From positions 1 to 55,545 of the forward strand of contig JBBTRG010000005.1 in assembly GCA_038065295.1 (NCBI GenBank): a DNA stretch of 55,545 nt. Direction: 5' to 3'. This document shows positions 17,973 to 27,089 of this stretch, piece by piece (the first letter of the stretch is position 1; each line of letters starts with the position of its first letter). The position numbers and the translations under genes were made by a program. This DNA is from Patescibacteria group bacterium. Lineage in GTDB: Bacteria > Patescibacteriota > Minisyncoccia > JACROR01. The notes under the pieces were generated by a model. The model did not search any database. It was not told where the DNA came from and saw only the letters and a program-made list of their open reading frames with translations.

Positions 17973-19009
17973 ACGAATTTGGATTCTGCAATAATCTTAA
18001 GCAATTCTTTCTTCGTGAGCCATTGATCGTTAGTATGGCTGGCGAAACAAAAACCATGCTTGGTTTTTTTGCCCATTTTCTCGTATTTTTTATACAAACC
18101 CTTTTTAAAATCCGTGAACTCACTTAATATGACATAGTGATTATCAAGCTCCATGGCGTGACGCGACTCGTCTTCCGTTAATAACATCTCATGCAACTTT
18201 TCTCCCGGCCTGATTCCTACAATTTCTTTTTCTATGCCTGGCGTTAAAGCATCAAGCAGATCCAGCACTTTCATGCTGCGTATTTTTGGCACGAAAATCT
18301 CTCCCCCGCTCATATGCGTCAATGCGAACATTACAAGCGCGAAACTTTGTTCCAGGCTGATCCAAAAACGCGTCATATCGGGATGAGTAACCTCTACTTT
18401 TTTAATCTTACTCGCGTCTTTGTTCTTTAACACATCAACCACGCTTCCACGGCTCCCAATCACGTTTCCATATCTTACGGCTGACAATACGGTTACCCGA
18501 TCCTTTGTCCTGTCGGCAAAAAAATTGCCGTTTATAAATAATTTTTCAGCGCATAATTTAGTCGCTCCATAAAGATTCACCGGTTGTGCCGCCTTGTCTG
18601 TTGATATCAACACCACCCTCTCAACGCCCTGATCAATAGCCGCGTCAATAACATTTTGGCTACCTAAAATATTCGTCCGTATGGCTTCAAATGGATTATA
18701 TTCTAAGGTCGGCACTTGTTTTAGCGCGGCGGCATGAATCACGATGTCAACAGTCCGAAACGCCCTTTGAAGCCGCGATAAATCGCGTATATCGCCAAGA
18801 AAAAAATTCAACCGCTCATCGTTAAACTCCGCCGACATTCGCGACTGCTTTAATTCATCTCTGCTGAAAACAATCACCTTGCGCGGTTCTGCATTGTGCA
18901 ATAAGTATTTAACGAATCCACGGCCAAAAGAACCGGTTCCTCCAGTAATCAAAATCGTTTTATTTTTTAAAAATTTAGTAGATATAGCTGACATATTTTG
19001 ATACGACAT
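17969..19009 (-). CDS. pseB: UDP-N-acetylglucosamine 4,6-dehydratase (inverting)
   Basis: Motifs KTILITGGTGSFG, VIVFSRDELKQ, FFLGDIRD, HAAALKQVP, ISTDKAAQPVNLYGATKLCAEKLF. Confidence 0.9.
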   Translation of the reverse strand: MSYQNMSAISTKFLKNKTILITGGTGSFGRGFVKYLLHNAEPRKVIVFSRDELKQSRMSAEFNDERLNFFLGDIRDLSRLQRAFRTVDIVIHAAALKQVPTLEYNPFEAIRTNILGSQNVIDAAIDQGVERVVLISTDKAAQPVNLYGATKLCAEKLFINGNFFADRTKDRVTVLSAVRYGNVIGSRGSVVDVLKNKDASKIKKVEVTHPDMTRFWISLEQSFALVMFALTHMSGGEIFVPKIRSMKVLDLLDALTPGIEKEIVGIRPGEKLHEMLLTEDESRHAMELDNHYVILSEFTDFKKGLYKKYEKMGKKTKHGFCFASHTNDQWLTKKELLKIIAESKFV

Positions 19010-19102
19010 TAAGACTCTTGTATAGAGTACAATATTTACGCATACTTTTCAACCCCCGTCAAAAGTCGGCAATAATATGCGTGTACACATTACCCGCAAA
19101 GC

Positions 19103-19132
19103 TTGACCGCCCTAGAAGAAATATGGTAATCT
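19103..19132 (+). promoter_or_regulatory. candidate extended -10 promoter for the radical SAM gene
   Basis: TTGACC (19103..19108), an 18-nt spacer, then TGgTAATCT (19124..19132). A GGAGG Shine-Dalgarno lies 6 nt before ATG 19173. Confidence 0.3.
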
Positions 19133-19172
19133 CGCTTTAGATATTTTAATTCTTTGACAATTTGGAGGTCGC

Positions 19173-20873
19173 ATGACAAAAGATTCTGATCCTAAGTTTT
19201 ACCAACGATTTGACGCATCAAGTAAAATAAAAGATCCCTTGTTGCCACGCATCACGAACGATGAAACGATTGGGTTATTCCCCGCGCATGAAGACGGCTT
19301 GCGTATATTGCTTATTAACGCGCCTATTCGCGAGTGGTCATATCCCAACATTATGCCAATCGGGCAAGGATATGTCGGGGCTGTTGCCAAAATGGATGGA
19401 CACAATCTGCATGTCCTTGATCTGAACGCAGAGAGAGGCGGCCCGATAAAAGACGCTCCTGAAATATTTATTAAGCGCGTGGAAGAGCGCATTGTTCAAA
19501 AGTTGAAAGAAATAAAGCCTGATGTTATAGGGTTGGGCGGCATTATCACTCAATATGCGTGGATTAAGCGCATCACGACTATCTGTAAACAAGTCTATCA
19601 CGATGTTCCGATTGTGTTGGGCGGCGGAATTTCTTCTTGCGCGCCCGTATTTATGGTGAAATATTTGCCAATCGATGTTGCGATTAGAGAAGAAGGCGAA
19701 ATTACTTTTTCCGAAGTGCTTCATCGTGTAGCGCTTGGTGCGTCGTTAGATGGCGTAAAAGGAATAGTTTGGCGCAAAAATAATTCCAGAGAATCCGATA
19801 TAATTGACAATGGTCTTCGTCCATCCATTATGTCGCTCCGAGACGGTCTGGATTTTCTCCCGTGGCCATTGCGTTTCGCGTGGCCCGAAGAAGAAGTCTA
19901 CAAAAAAAATCCTATTGGGCATTTGAATTGGAAAACAAAATGGATTGACGGCGCATCAACGGAGGCAAACCAATACTCGCTCACTATGATTGCCTCGCGC
20001 GGCTGTCCATACGCGGCTAAAGCTTGCGATTATTGCTATTCCGCGTACCTGGGGAAACATTACCGATTGCGAAGCCCCAAAGAAGTCGTCGATGAAATGC
20101 AATACTTAAAAGAACATTACCAAGCCGCCTATATTCACTTTTTGGATGATCTGTTGTTAACAAACTACCGATGGGCGCTTGAACTTTTCCAAGAGTTAAG
20201 AAACAGGAAAGACAAATCGGGTTTTGAAATTATTTGGGGTGGTACGTGCCGCACAAATATCGTCGCTGACGATGTTTTGCGGGCACAAAAAGAGGGACGC
20301 CCACACATGCTTGAGCAAGCTTACGAAGTTGGCATGCGGCAAGTAGGATACGGCGTTGAATCGGCCAGTCCCCTTATCCTCAAAAACATTGATAAAAGTG
20401 GCCAGACAATAGCTAAAATGGAAATAGCCATCGCGGAAACACGAAGAATTATGGGTTACGCCGATTGTTCTTTTATGATAGCTTCTCCGGGAGAAACTAA
20501 AGAAACCGTTCGAGAAACTGTGGATTTTTGCAAAAAAGTTGGCTTGAAGCCCGAAGTGTTTTTCTTCACTACCGCTTATCCAGGCACCACTTTTTGGAAT
20601 CTTGCATTGGAGAAGGGTCTTATCACTAAAGCGGTTACTGGGAAAAAAGGTTCTGCGGATGAGGATATGATTGAACAGTATTTCCTACGCTTGGGCGAAC
20701 AAGGAGATATGGTCAGGACAAATTTTAGCGATCTGCCGGATGAAGAGATAATTGAATTATCCTGGTGGGCCATCAACGAACTTGGCGCACAAAACATCAT
20801 TCGTCATCCACATACTGGAGAAACGCAGACAAGACAAACTCCCGTAAAGGGAGCAGCAAAAGCCGATTTATAA
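19173..20873 (+). CDS. B12-binding-domain radical SAM protein (class B-like) with non-canonical Cys spacing
   Basis: 566 aa. The N-terminal region is B12-binding-like (LRILLINAP..., DVIGLGGIITQY, PIVLGGG). The radical SAM core is SRGCPYAAKACDYCYS, verified at DNA level (tgt cca tac gcg gct aaa gct tgc gat tat tgc). Confidence 0.8.
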   Translation: MTKDSDPKFYQRFDASSKIKDPLLPRITNDETIGLFPAHEDGLRILLINAPIREWSYPNIMPIGQGYVGAVAKMDGHNLHVLDLNAERGGPIKDAPEIFIKRVEERIVQKLKEIKPDVIGLGGIITQYAWIKRITTICKQVYHDVPIVLGGGISSCAPVFMVKYLPIDVAIREEGEITFSEVLHRVALGASLDGVKGIVWRKNNSRESDIIDNGLRPSIMSLRDGLDFLPWPLRFAWPEEEVYKKNPIGHLNWKTKWIDGASTEANQYSLTMIASRGCPYAAKACDYCYSAYLGKHYRLRSPKEVVDEMQYLKEHYQAAYIHFLDDLLLTNYRWALELFQELRNRKDKSGFEIIWGGTCRTNIVADDVLRAQKEGRPHMLEQAYEVGMRQVGYGVESASPLILKNIDKSGQTIAKMEIAIAETRRIMGYADCSFMIASPGETKETVRETVDFCKKVGLKPEVFFFTTAYPGTTFWNLALEKGLITKAVTGKKGSADEDMIEQYFLRLGEQGDMVRTNFSDLPDEEIIELSWWAINELGAQNIIRHPHTGETQTRQTPVKGAAKADL

Positions 20874-20878
20874 TTACA

Positions 20879-20909
20879 CCGTCGCAAGTTAAACTTGCGA
20901 CGGTTTTTT
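20879..20909 (+). terminator. Rho-independent terminator
   Basis: Perfect 11-bp stem ccgtcgcaagt / acttgcgacgg with a 3-nt loop, followed by TTTTTT. It begins 6 nt after the stop codon. Confidence 0.85.
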
Positions 20910-20984
20910 ATAACACTGTTTCAAATATAACTGTTTTGTAACTCAACCTAACAACCTATGCAACAAACGCTCGTTATCTTTGGA

Positions 20985-22436
20985 TTATTCAAGCTCTGGC
21001 AAAATGGCTTGAATAATATTATTCATACCCTCTCGCCCACTTTTTTTCAGCCTCCTCCCCATCGGTTCACTTATGCCCGCAAACCCATGAATGGAGGCAT
21101 CGTCAAAGGCCTTTAAATAATTAATTATTTTTTGCTGATCCACGCGAAAACCGTTCGCGATCTTTTGCAAAACCTCTTGGCACGACTCAACGCCCGTTAT
21201 CCGGAAAACTGCGTGGCAATATTGATACCACGGATAACCGAAAATCATCACTGGCTTTGACCGCAACACCGCTTCAAAACCGGCACTGCCAATAATCGTA
21301 GCAACCGCCTGAGCATTGCCAATCAAATCGTAATTATTGGTATCAACCGGCACTAATTTGACGTTGGATAATTTTGACATTCTTTTATAATAACCCCGAT
21401 ATCGGGCGCTGAAAAAATTTAAACCACGAAAAAGCCATTGCACCGGATGCTCTTTTACATAAATAATCCACTCATCAGGCACAGAGGCGGATAAAATCTC
21501 AATCATTAAAATTTGGTCAACAAACACCCCTCCCTGAGGGCTGGTGGAGCATTCCGGCTGGTAGTGAAGCGGCACATAAATAAATTTTTTTGTAAAATCG
21601 GGCATTGATTGAACACTCTCGTATTCTTCTTTAATATTTTGCCGAAAAAGTTTTTGTATATACCCCAACACTCTTGGGAAAAAAGTGGCATCCTTGATGC
21701 TCCACAATATCATTTTGATTTTTAATGCCGCTAATCTAAAACCGGAGTATAAATTTTTGTCTTCCTGGATGCATAATGGAGTCGGATCGCCGCGCGCGGC
21801 AGTATGCATCTCATAATACTCCCGCAGATCTTTACTCAAGTCCTTCAAAGAAAAATTCTTTCCTTCGTTTCTCTCAAGCGCGTCAAGAAGCGGCTGGCTT
21901 GATTTCCATGAATCTATGCTCATCAGCATCCTATCACTGTCCGGTATCCCCACCCTGGAAATGGTATCAAATAAAATAATTTTAATATTCAACAACTGCG
22001 CCAATCCATAAATAATGTAACTAAACGGCGCGTGTGGAACTACAGAAAATATCACAACGTCCGGACGATATTTATTCAGCACACCATTCCAATATTGGAG
22101 CGTGTTGTAATAAACATGCCTTCTCTCATCAACGCACATCCAGTCAAAACGCTTGTTCATCATGGATAAAACCAAAGATTCGGTTTCATGCAATTGCTCA
22201 ATAAGGGTCGCTCCAGGAGGATAAAACTTTGTCACATCAATGCCTGAAGCCGAAATGCCGTTTCGAGCGGCGCTATGAGTATGAACCACCGTCCCGAGAA
22301 TTTCTATTTTTCTATCACTTCCCGCCCCAACCCAATAGACTACTTCGTGTCCGGCATCCTTTAATGAGGAGATTAAATATTCTGTTTCCGGGCTCTGACT
22401 GAACCAGGCTAATAAGATTTTCATAGTATGTAGCAA
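20985..22436 (-). CDS. KpsS/KpsC-like (Capsule_synth-like) putative ulosonic-acid glycosyltransferase, paralogue A
   Basis: The core FIYVPLHYQPECST...IIYVKEHPVQW...SNVKLVP...IIGSAGFEAVLRSKPVMIFG resembles capsule-synthesis (beta-Kdo transferase type) proteins with an HP dipeptide. The track start is TTG; ATG 22424 (MKILLAWF) is the likely start. Confidence 0.45.
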   Translation of the reverse strand: MLHTMKILLAWFSQSPETEYLISSLKDAGHEVVYWVGAGSDRKIEILGTVVHTHSAARNGISASGIDVTKFYPPGATLIEQLHETESLVLSMMNKRFDWMCVDERRHVYYNTLQYWNGVLNKYRPDVVIFSVVPHAPFSYIIYGLAQLLNIKIILFDTISRVGIPDSDRMLMSIDSWKSSQPLLDALERNEGKNFSLKDLSKDLREYYEMHTAARGDPTPLCIQEDKNLYSGFRLAALKIKMILWSIKDATFFPRVLGYIQKLFRQNIKEEYESVQSMPDFTKKFIYVPLHYQPECSTSPQGGVFVDQILMIEILSASVPDEWIIYVKEHPVQWLFRGLNFFSARYRGYYKRMSKLSNVKLVPVDTNNYDLIGNAQAVATIIGSAGFEAVLRSKPVMIFGYPWYQYCHAVFRITGVESCQEVLQKIANGFRVDQQKIINYLKAFDDASIHGFAGISEPMGRRLKKSGREGMNNIIQAILPELE

Positions 22437-22516
22437 CTATCAAACTAACACAAAACTTACACAAAAACAATAATAAATTCAATAAAAAATATTGCTAACG
22501 AAAAACCAGGACAATC

Positions 22517-24304
22517 TCACTTTTTAATATTCTGAGTCTTAAAAAAATATGACTCTTTGTCCTGCATAAGTTCACCGGGTGCGCCCTCCTCAATAATCTT
22601 ACCGCCATCCAATACATACAACTTGTCGGATGCCATTATCGTAGAAAGGCGATGGGCAATGACTATCACGGTCGTCTTACTTTTAAGCTCTTTGATGGAT
22701 TTTTGTATCAAAACTTCGGATTCATTATCTAAAGCCGAAGTGGCTTCGTCAAGAATAAGAATTTGCGGCTTTCTTGCCAGCGCCCTTGCCAAAACAATAC
22801 GCTGTCGCTGTCCGCCGGAAAGCCGCACGCCGCGCTCTCCGACTACCGTATTAAAGCCATTTGGCTGTTTTGCAATAAAATCATAAATATTGGCTAATCT
22901 AGCGGCCGCCTCAATGTCTTCATCGCTTAACGAGTCATCATAAAACCTGATATTGCTAGAAATAGTGTCATTAATCAAAAATATATCCTGCGACACATAA
23001 CCGACATTACGCCTCCACTCACCCAAGCTAAAATCCGTGACATTGGTTCCGTCTACTAATATGGAGCCGGCCTGCGGCCGTAACAAACGCAAAATAAGAT
23101 CAACTATCGTGGTTTTGCCAGCACCAGAAGGCCCAATCAATCCTATCATCGCGCCCTTCTTTATAGAAAAGGACACGTCCGACAACACCCGAGCGTCATC
23201 TTGGTAAGCAAAACTTATATTCTTTAACTCAAGAATATGATTGAAATTAAATTTTTTAATACCGGAATCTTTTTCCTGGTGCCTGATGATTTCTTTTTCA
23301 TAATCCAGCACGCTTATCAGGTGCGGGACCTGCGTAATCATTTTATGTACCTGCGTTTGTGATAATTGTATATTTACAAATACCCGATTAATCATGTACA
23401 CAATCACCGCAAACGAAGCGAAACTAAACGCGTTTGTTTTATAAAAAAAGGCGAATATACCGATTATAAAAAAAAGTCCGACAGGCTGCAGAACCGCGTT
23501 GGTAAAATTCTCCAACATGGCCACCTTAATGTTTAGATTTCTCATATTATCAAAATACAAAAGACCCTTTTGCAGAGCTTGATGCTCAACAAACATGGAT
23601 TTAATGGTTTTTATTCCGATAATATTTTCATTGACATAGTGCGCCAAAAGCTTATATTTCTGTACAAATTCCCTTGAAATAATTCTGTTTTTATAAAACA
23701 AAGGCTTAAAAAGCAAAAGGAGGAGTCCGCCCAAGACAAGCGCCAGCACGGCAATGATAAATGATATATTAATGGCTATTAAGCTATAAACAATGAGATT
23801 CACCACTATCAAAATAGCGCCTCCAATATAAAAAAGAAGGGCGGAACTATTATTGACATGCGTGGTCAAGATTTGATCAAGGTGGCCGATTTTTTGTCTA
23901 GATAAATACGGCCAATCTGCCGCGAATGTTGATTGCAACAATCTTCTCCTGGTGTTTCTTTCATAATCGGCCTTGATTCTGACGGAAAGATATTGAGTAA
24001 TAAATAATGCGATGGCCTTAAAAATGAACAGCAAGACCATAAAAATAAGCAAGAACTTGACTGTGTAACTCAAATGAAAATAAGAAAAAAAATGCTGTAT
24101 GGTCTTAGAAATCGCATCGTCGGCGTCACTGCCGGCAATAAGGGAAAACATCGGAATAACGGCATTAATGCCAATGCCCTCTAAAACGCCGCTCACAAAA
24201 CTTAAAACGGCCATTCCAATAATCTGCCCTTTATATTGTCCGAAGGCTTGCCGGAATAATTTTAAAACGGTCAATATTTTATTGTCCTTGAGGTTGAAAA
24301 TCAC
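22517..24304 (-). CDS. fused TMD-NBD ABC exporter (MsbA/PglK-like lipid-linked glycan flippase type)
   Basis: 595 aa with a six-helix N-terminal domain, Walker A GPSGAGKTT, signature LSGGQRQR and Walker B ILILDEATSALD. Confidence 0.9.
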   Translation of the reverse strand: MIFNLKDNKILTVLKLFRQAFGQYKGQIIGMAVLSFVSGVLEGIGINAVIPMFSLIAGSDADDAISKTIQHFFSYFHLSYTVKFLLIFMVLLFIFKAIALFITQYLSVRIKADYERNTRRRLLQSTFAADWPYLSRQKIGHLDQILTTHVNNSSALLFYIGGAILIVVNLIVYSLIAINISFIIAVLALVLGGLLLLLFKPLFYKNRIISREFVQKYKLLAHYVNENIIGIKTIKSMFVEHQALQKGLLYFDNMRNLNIKVAMLENFTNAVLQPVGLFFIIGIFAFFYKTNAFSFASFAVIVYMINRVFVNIQLSQTQVHKMITQVPHLISVLDYEKEIIRHQEKDSGIKKFNFNHILELKNISFAYQDDARVLSDVSFSIKKGAMIGLIGPSGAGKTTIVDLILRLLRPQAGSILVDGTNVTDFSLGEWRRNVGYVSQDIFLINDTISSNIRFYDDSLSDEDIEAAARLANIYDFIAKQPNGFNTVVGERGVRLSGGQRQRIVLARALARKPQILILDEATSALDNESEVLIQKSIKELKSKTTVIVIAHRLSTIMASDKLYVLDGGKIIEEGAPGELMQDKESYFFKTQNIKK

Positions 24305-24307
24305 ATA

Positions 24308-25135
24308 TTAAATCTGCAAATCCAATCTGTCTTCATAGGACGGCTGTTTCGTTTGCCTAACGACGGCGCCCTTCAAATCATCAAGTGATTTTTTACTTTG
24401 CTTGAATTGCGCTATTTTTTCCTTAAACCACCCGCTGGATGGAAATATAGGACATTGCCGCGTGAATGCGACCACCTTCATATTAAAATATTTAGCCAGC
24501 ATTCTATTTAGCGGATTTTTGGGATAGGGCAAAGGAAATGCTTTTGCTTGAGGATCTTGACCGCTCTTTTCCGCTTCTATGATCAGAAACTCATGCTTAC
24601 GAATCTCTGCCTTCAAAAGTTGCGGGCCAGCAACGGTCACTTTTGTTTCTCCGGGTTCGCATTCTCTAATCCCCACAAAACCGGTTTTCCGCAAAGCCCT
24701 GCTTAACGTATCCAAATTGTGCAGATAAAAATGATCGTGGTATAAAACATTAGCTACAAATGTATCAACATAATTTTCATTGGGCAGATCGGGATTAGGC
24801 TCTCTGTCGGAACGATAAATTTTATCCTCAAACTCTTTGATCCACATCTCAAAATTCGGGACTACCATTCTTATATGGCCGCCTGTTTTCAAAATACGCT
24901 GACTTTCCAACAAGTGATTGATAAATTCCCGATACTTTAAATGCTCCATGGTGTTGCGGGAATAAACCAAATCAACGGAATTGTCCGTCAAAGGAATCTT
25001 CACGGAAATATCGGCCAAAATATCCGGTAAACCGGCCTTGCCCTTATAAATATTTTTTTCCACGTGCAAAAATCCGTCCATGCGATGATGGCCGCATCCT
25101 ACATAAACCAATTTTGGCTCCATTGAATTAGACAT
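24308..25135 (-). CDS. class I SAM-dependent methyltransferase
   Basis: LVYVGCGHHRMDGFLHVE..., SVDLVYSRNTMEHL, ILKTGGHIRMVVP. The likely start is MSNSMEPK (ATG 25135), 4 nt after the TPR gene stop. The longest ORF extends to 25186. Confidence 0.7.
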   Translation of the reverse strand: MSNSMEPKLVYVGCGHHRMDGFLHVEKNIYKGKAGLPDILADISVKIPLTDNSVDLVYSRNTMEHLKYREFINHLLESQRILKTGGHIRMVVPNFEMWIKEFEDKIYRSDREPNPDLPNENYVDTFVANVLYHDHFYLHNLDTLSRALRKTGFVGIRECEPGETKVTVAGPQLLKAEIRKHEFLIIEAEKSGQDPQAKAFPLPYPKNPLNRMLAKYFNMKVVAFTRQCPIFPSSGWFKEKIAQFKQSKKSLDDLKGAVVRQTKQPSYEDRLDLQI

Positions 25136-25139
25136 AGTT

Positions 25140-25520
25140 TTATATTTCTGCCAACATGGTGCTCGCCAAATTGTAGTCTCCATCAAGAGTTAAAGATTTT
25201 TGAAAACATTCTCTGGCTTCCGCCTTCTTACCTACGTCCAGCAAAATTAATCCTAAATTGTAATGATAATGCGAAAATGAGCCGTCCAAAGCTATCGCGC
25301 GCCTCAATGATTTTTCCGCCGCGGCAAAATCGCCAAAATGATACTGAATCAAGCCGCTTAAATGTGGTGCCATAGAACAGCGCGGATTATTTACATAAAT
25401 TTTACGATAAATTATCTCTGCCGATTGAAAATTACCTGCCTTATGATATTCCAAAGCCCGCGACAATGCCTCGCTCTCGCTCAACAATTCTTGTCCGATT
25501 TTAATATGATTATCCGTCAT
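25140..25520 (-). CDS. small TPR-repeat protein
   Basis: 126 aa with three TPR-like units (ALEYHKAGNFQSAEIIYRKI, GLIQYHFGDFAAAEKSLRRAIALD, YNLGLILLDVGKKAEARECFQKSLTLD). It has an ATGA overlap with neuA. Confidence 0.75.
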   Translation of the reverse strand: MTDNHIKIGQELLSESEALSRALEYHKAGNFQSAEIIYRKIYVNNPRCSMAPHLSGLIQYHFGDFAAAEKSLRRAIALDGSFSHYHYNLGLILLDVGKKAEARECFQKSLTLDGDYNLASTMLAEI

Positions 25521-26233
25521 GTCTTCTTAAATTTCTGCAAATAAAACTCAACTAATTCTAAATCGGCCGGCTCGTTGATGTCAACGGATCTCTCCGTGGG
25601 CATCATATACGGTCTGGAAATCTGACCAAATAAATCACCCCGCGTAATTAAATCTGTCTTTGTGATAAATACGGCGCCATTCCGTCTGTATGCTTTGTCC
25701 AAAAATTGCCTCGGGGTTGATTGTCTACCCTCTCTATCGCCATCGTCAAACGGCACAATCACGTCATTTTCTATTCTTTTTATTTTCTCCAACGCAAAAT
25801 TCTCCAACAAAACCATGCTCATAACCGAATCGGCATCGGTATCAATAATTTTTTGTATACACGCGTCAATATCTTGTGCCGTTCGCAATGGTGATGTCGG
25901 CTGTAAAATCATTAAATAATCGTACTCTTCTCCTTGATTTTCCTTCAGCCAATTAAGCGCGTGCTGAACAACAGCCATAGACGCGCTTCTGTCTTGAGCC
26001 AGCTCCGCTGGCCTTAAAAACGGCACGTCCGCGCCATATTTTTTGGAAATCTCTACGATCTCTTGATCATCGGTTGAAACAATACATCTAGTCAAAAAAC
26101 GGCTGGCCAATGCCGCCTCTATCGTATAGGCAATCAAGGGCTTGCCTTCCAAAAGTTTTATATTCTTGCCCGGAATGCCTTTTGATCCGCCTCGTGCCGT
26201 AATAACCCCCAAGATTTTCTTATTTATATACAT
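25517..26233 (-). CDS. neuA: acylneuraminate (nonulosonate) cytidylyltransferase
   Basis: GVITARGGSKGIPGKNIKLLEGKPLIAYTIEAA and ILQPTSPLR are the CMP-NulO synthetase signature. The protein is 238 aa. Confidence 0.85.
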   Translation of the reverse strand: MYINKKILGVITARGGSKGIPGKNIKLLEGKPLIAYTIEAALASRFLTRCIVSTDDQEIVEISKKYGADVPFLRPAELAQDRSASMAVVQHALNWLKENQGEEYDYLMILQPTSPLRTAQDIDACIQKIIDTDADSVMSMVLLENFALEKIKRIENDVIVPFDDGDREGRQSTPRQFLDKAYRRNGAVFITKTDLITRGDLFGQISRPYMMPTERSVDINEPADLELVEFYLQKFKKT

Positions 26234-26255
26234 AATAATCTATGCGCTATTTCAT

Positions 26256-27089
26256 TTATCTCCCCAAGCAAAAACGCAATTGTGCTGCGTTAATTTTGCC
26301 AAGCGGCTCCTCGATTAACTCAAAAGTATGAATATCCTCCTTCGCAAAGTAGTGGTACCGCCACGTTCTTTGCAGGTTATTTTTTAAGAAACGCGCGTTG
26401 GCTGCGCGGCCATCCACTACTATCAAAGTTCCGGGTAGTAAAAACGGCTCAAAAAGTAAAATATCCGCGGACATTGGCAAACGATCCGGCGATCTGGTGG
26501 AAATGCCACGCACATCATTCTTAACGGCAAATTGATCCGGACCGTCTAAATATATTAAATCGGGGCAAATGTTTGGCAATTTTTTATACATAGTGCACGC
26601 TCTTCCGTTAAATGTTGTCATCTCTACTTCCGACTGATGAAAATAAACGAAATCCAATAATGCGGGCGGGAACCCCTGTTTGCACCTGTCAATCCATTTT
26701 TTACCGCTATCAATGGAATGCACTTCAAAAGGATTAGCCCTCCTTAAGTTATTTGCGATACCCCCCCCAAACTCTTCTTTATTTTTCTTCAAGGCGTCAG
26801 CAAAAACTACGGTGCTTTTCCCCACACCAAATTCCAAAATAGTAGTAACCCTTCTAGTTCTTGCCAAAAAATGCAACCTAATTAAGTCATCCAGCTCTGC
26901 CGGAAAAGAAACGCTATTCTCCGGATTAACGCTTCCATAGAGACTCTTTTTTATCTTTTTCTCAACATTGCCATAAATCCCCATATCTATGCCAAATAGA
27001 TCATTGATCTTGTTGTCCGTGCACCATTCGCGGTAATTTAGATTCTTTTTAGTGTGCCGATCCTTAAACATTATTATATTTAATGCCAC
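26256..27089 (-). CDS. class I methyltransferase-fold protein (O-methyltransferase-like)
   Basis: ILEFGVGKST (motif I), DLIYLDGPD and GTLIVVDG resemble Methyltransf_24/CCoAOMT-type layouts. The gene sits between neuC and neuA and contains the G8 tract. Confidence 0.5.
   Translation of the reverse strand: MALNIIMFKDRHTKKNLNYREWCTDNKINDLFGIDMGIYGNVEKKIKKSLYGSVNPENSVSFPAELDDLIRLHFLARTRRVTTILEFGVGKSTVVFADALKKNKEEFGGGIANNLRRANPFEVHSIDSGKKWIDRCKQGFPPALLDFVYFHQSEVEMTTFNGRACTMYKKLPNICPDLIYLDGPDQFAVKNDVRGISTRSPDRLPMSADILLFEPFLLPGTLIVVDGRAANARFLKNNLQRTWRYHYFAKEDIHTFELIEEPLGKINAAQLRFCLGR
26761..26768 (-). repeat. G8 homopolymer (C8 on plus strand) inside the methyltransferase-like gene
   Basis: Read directly: ...gcgata CCCCCCCC aaactc... 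It encodes the GGG of EEFGGGIANN at about codon 107. Confidence 0.95.

Noticed and set aside
25133-25186. A 47-nt overlap between the TPR ORF and the methyltransferase ORF, considered as a possible frameshifted TPR-methyltransferase fusion.
   Set aside because: An in-frame ATG (25135, MSNSMEPK...) lies 4 nt after the TPR stop and precedes the conserved methyltransferase core. Ordinary operon spacing explains the layout.
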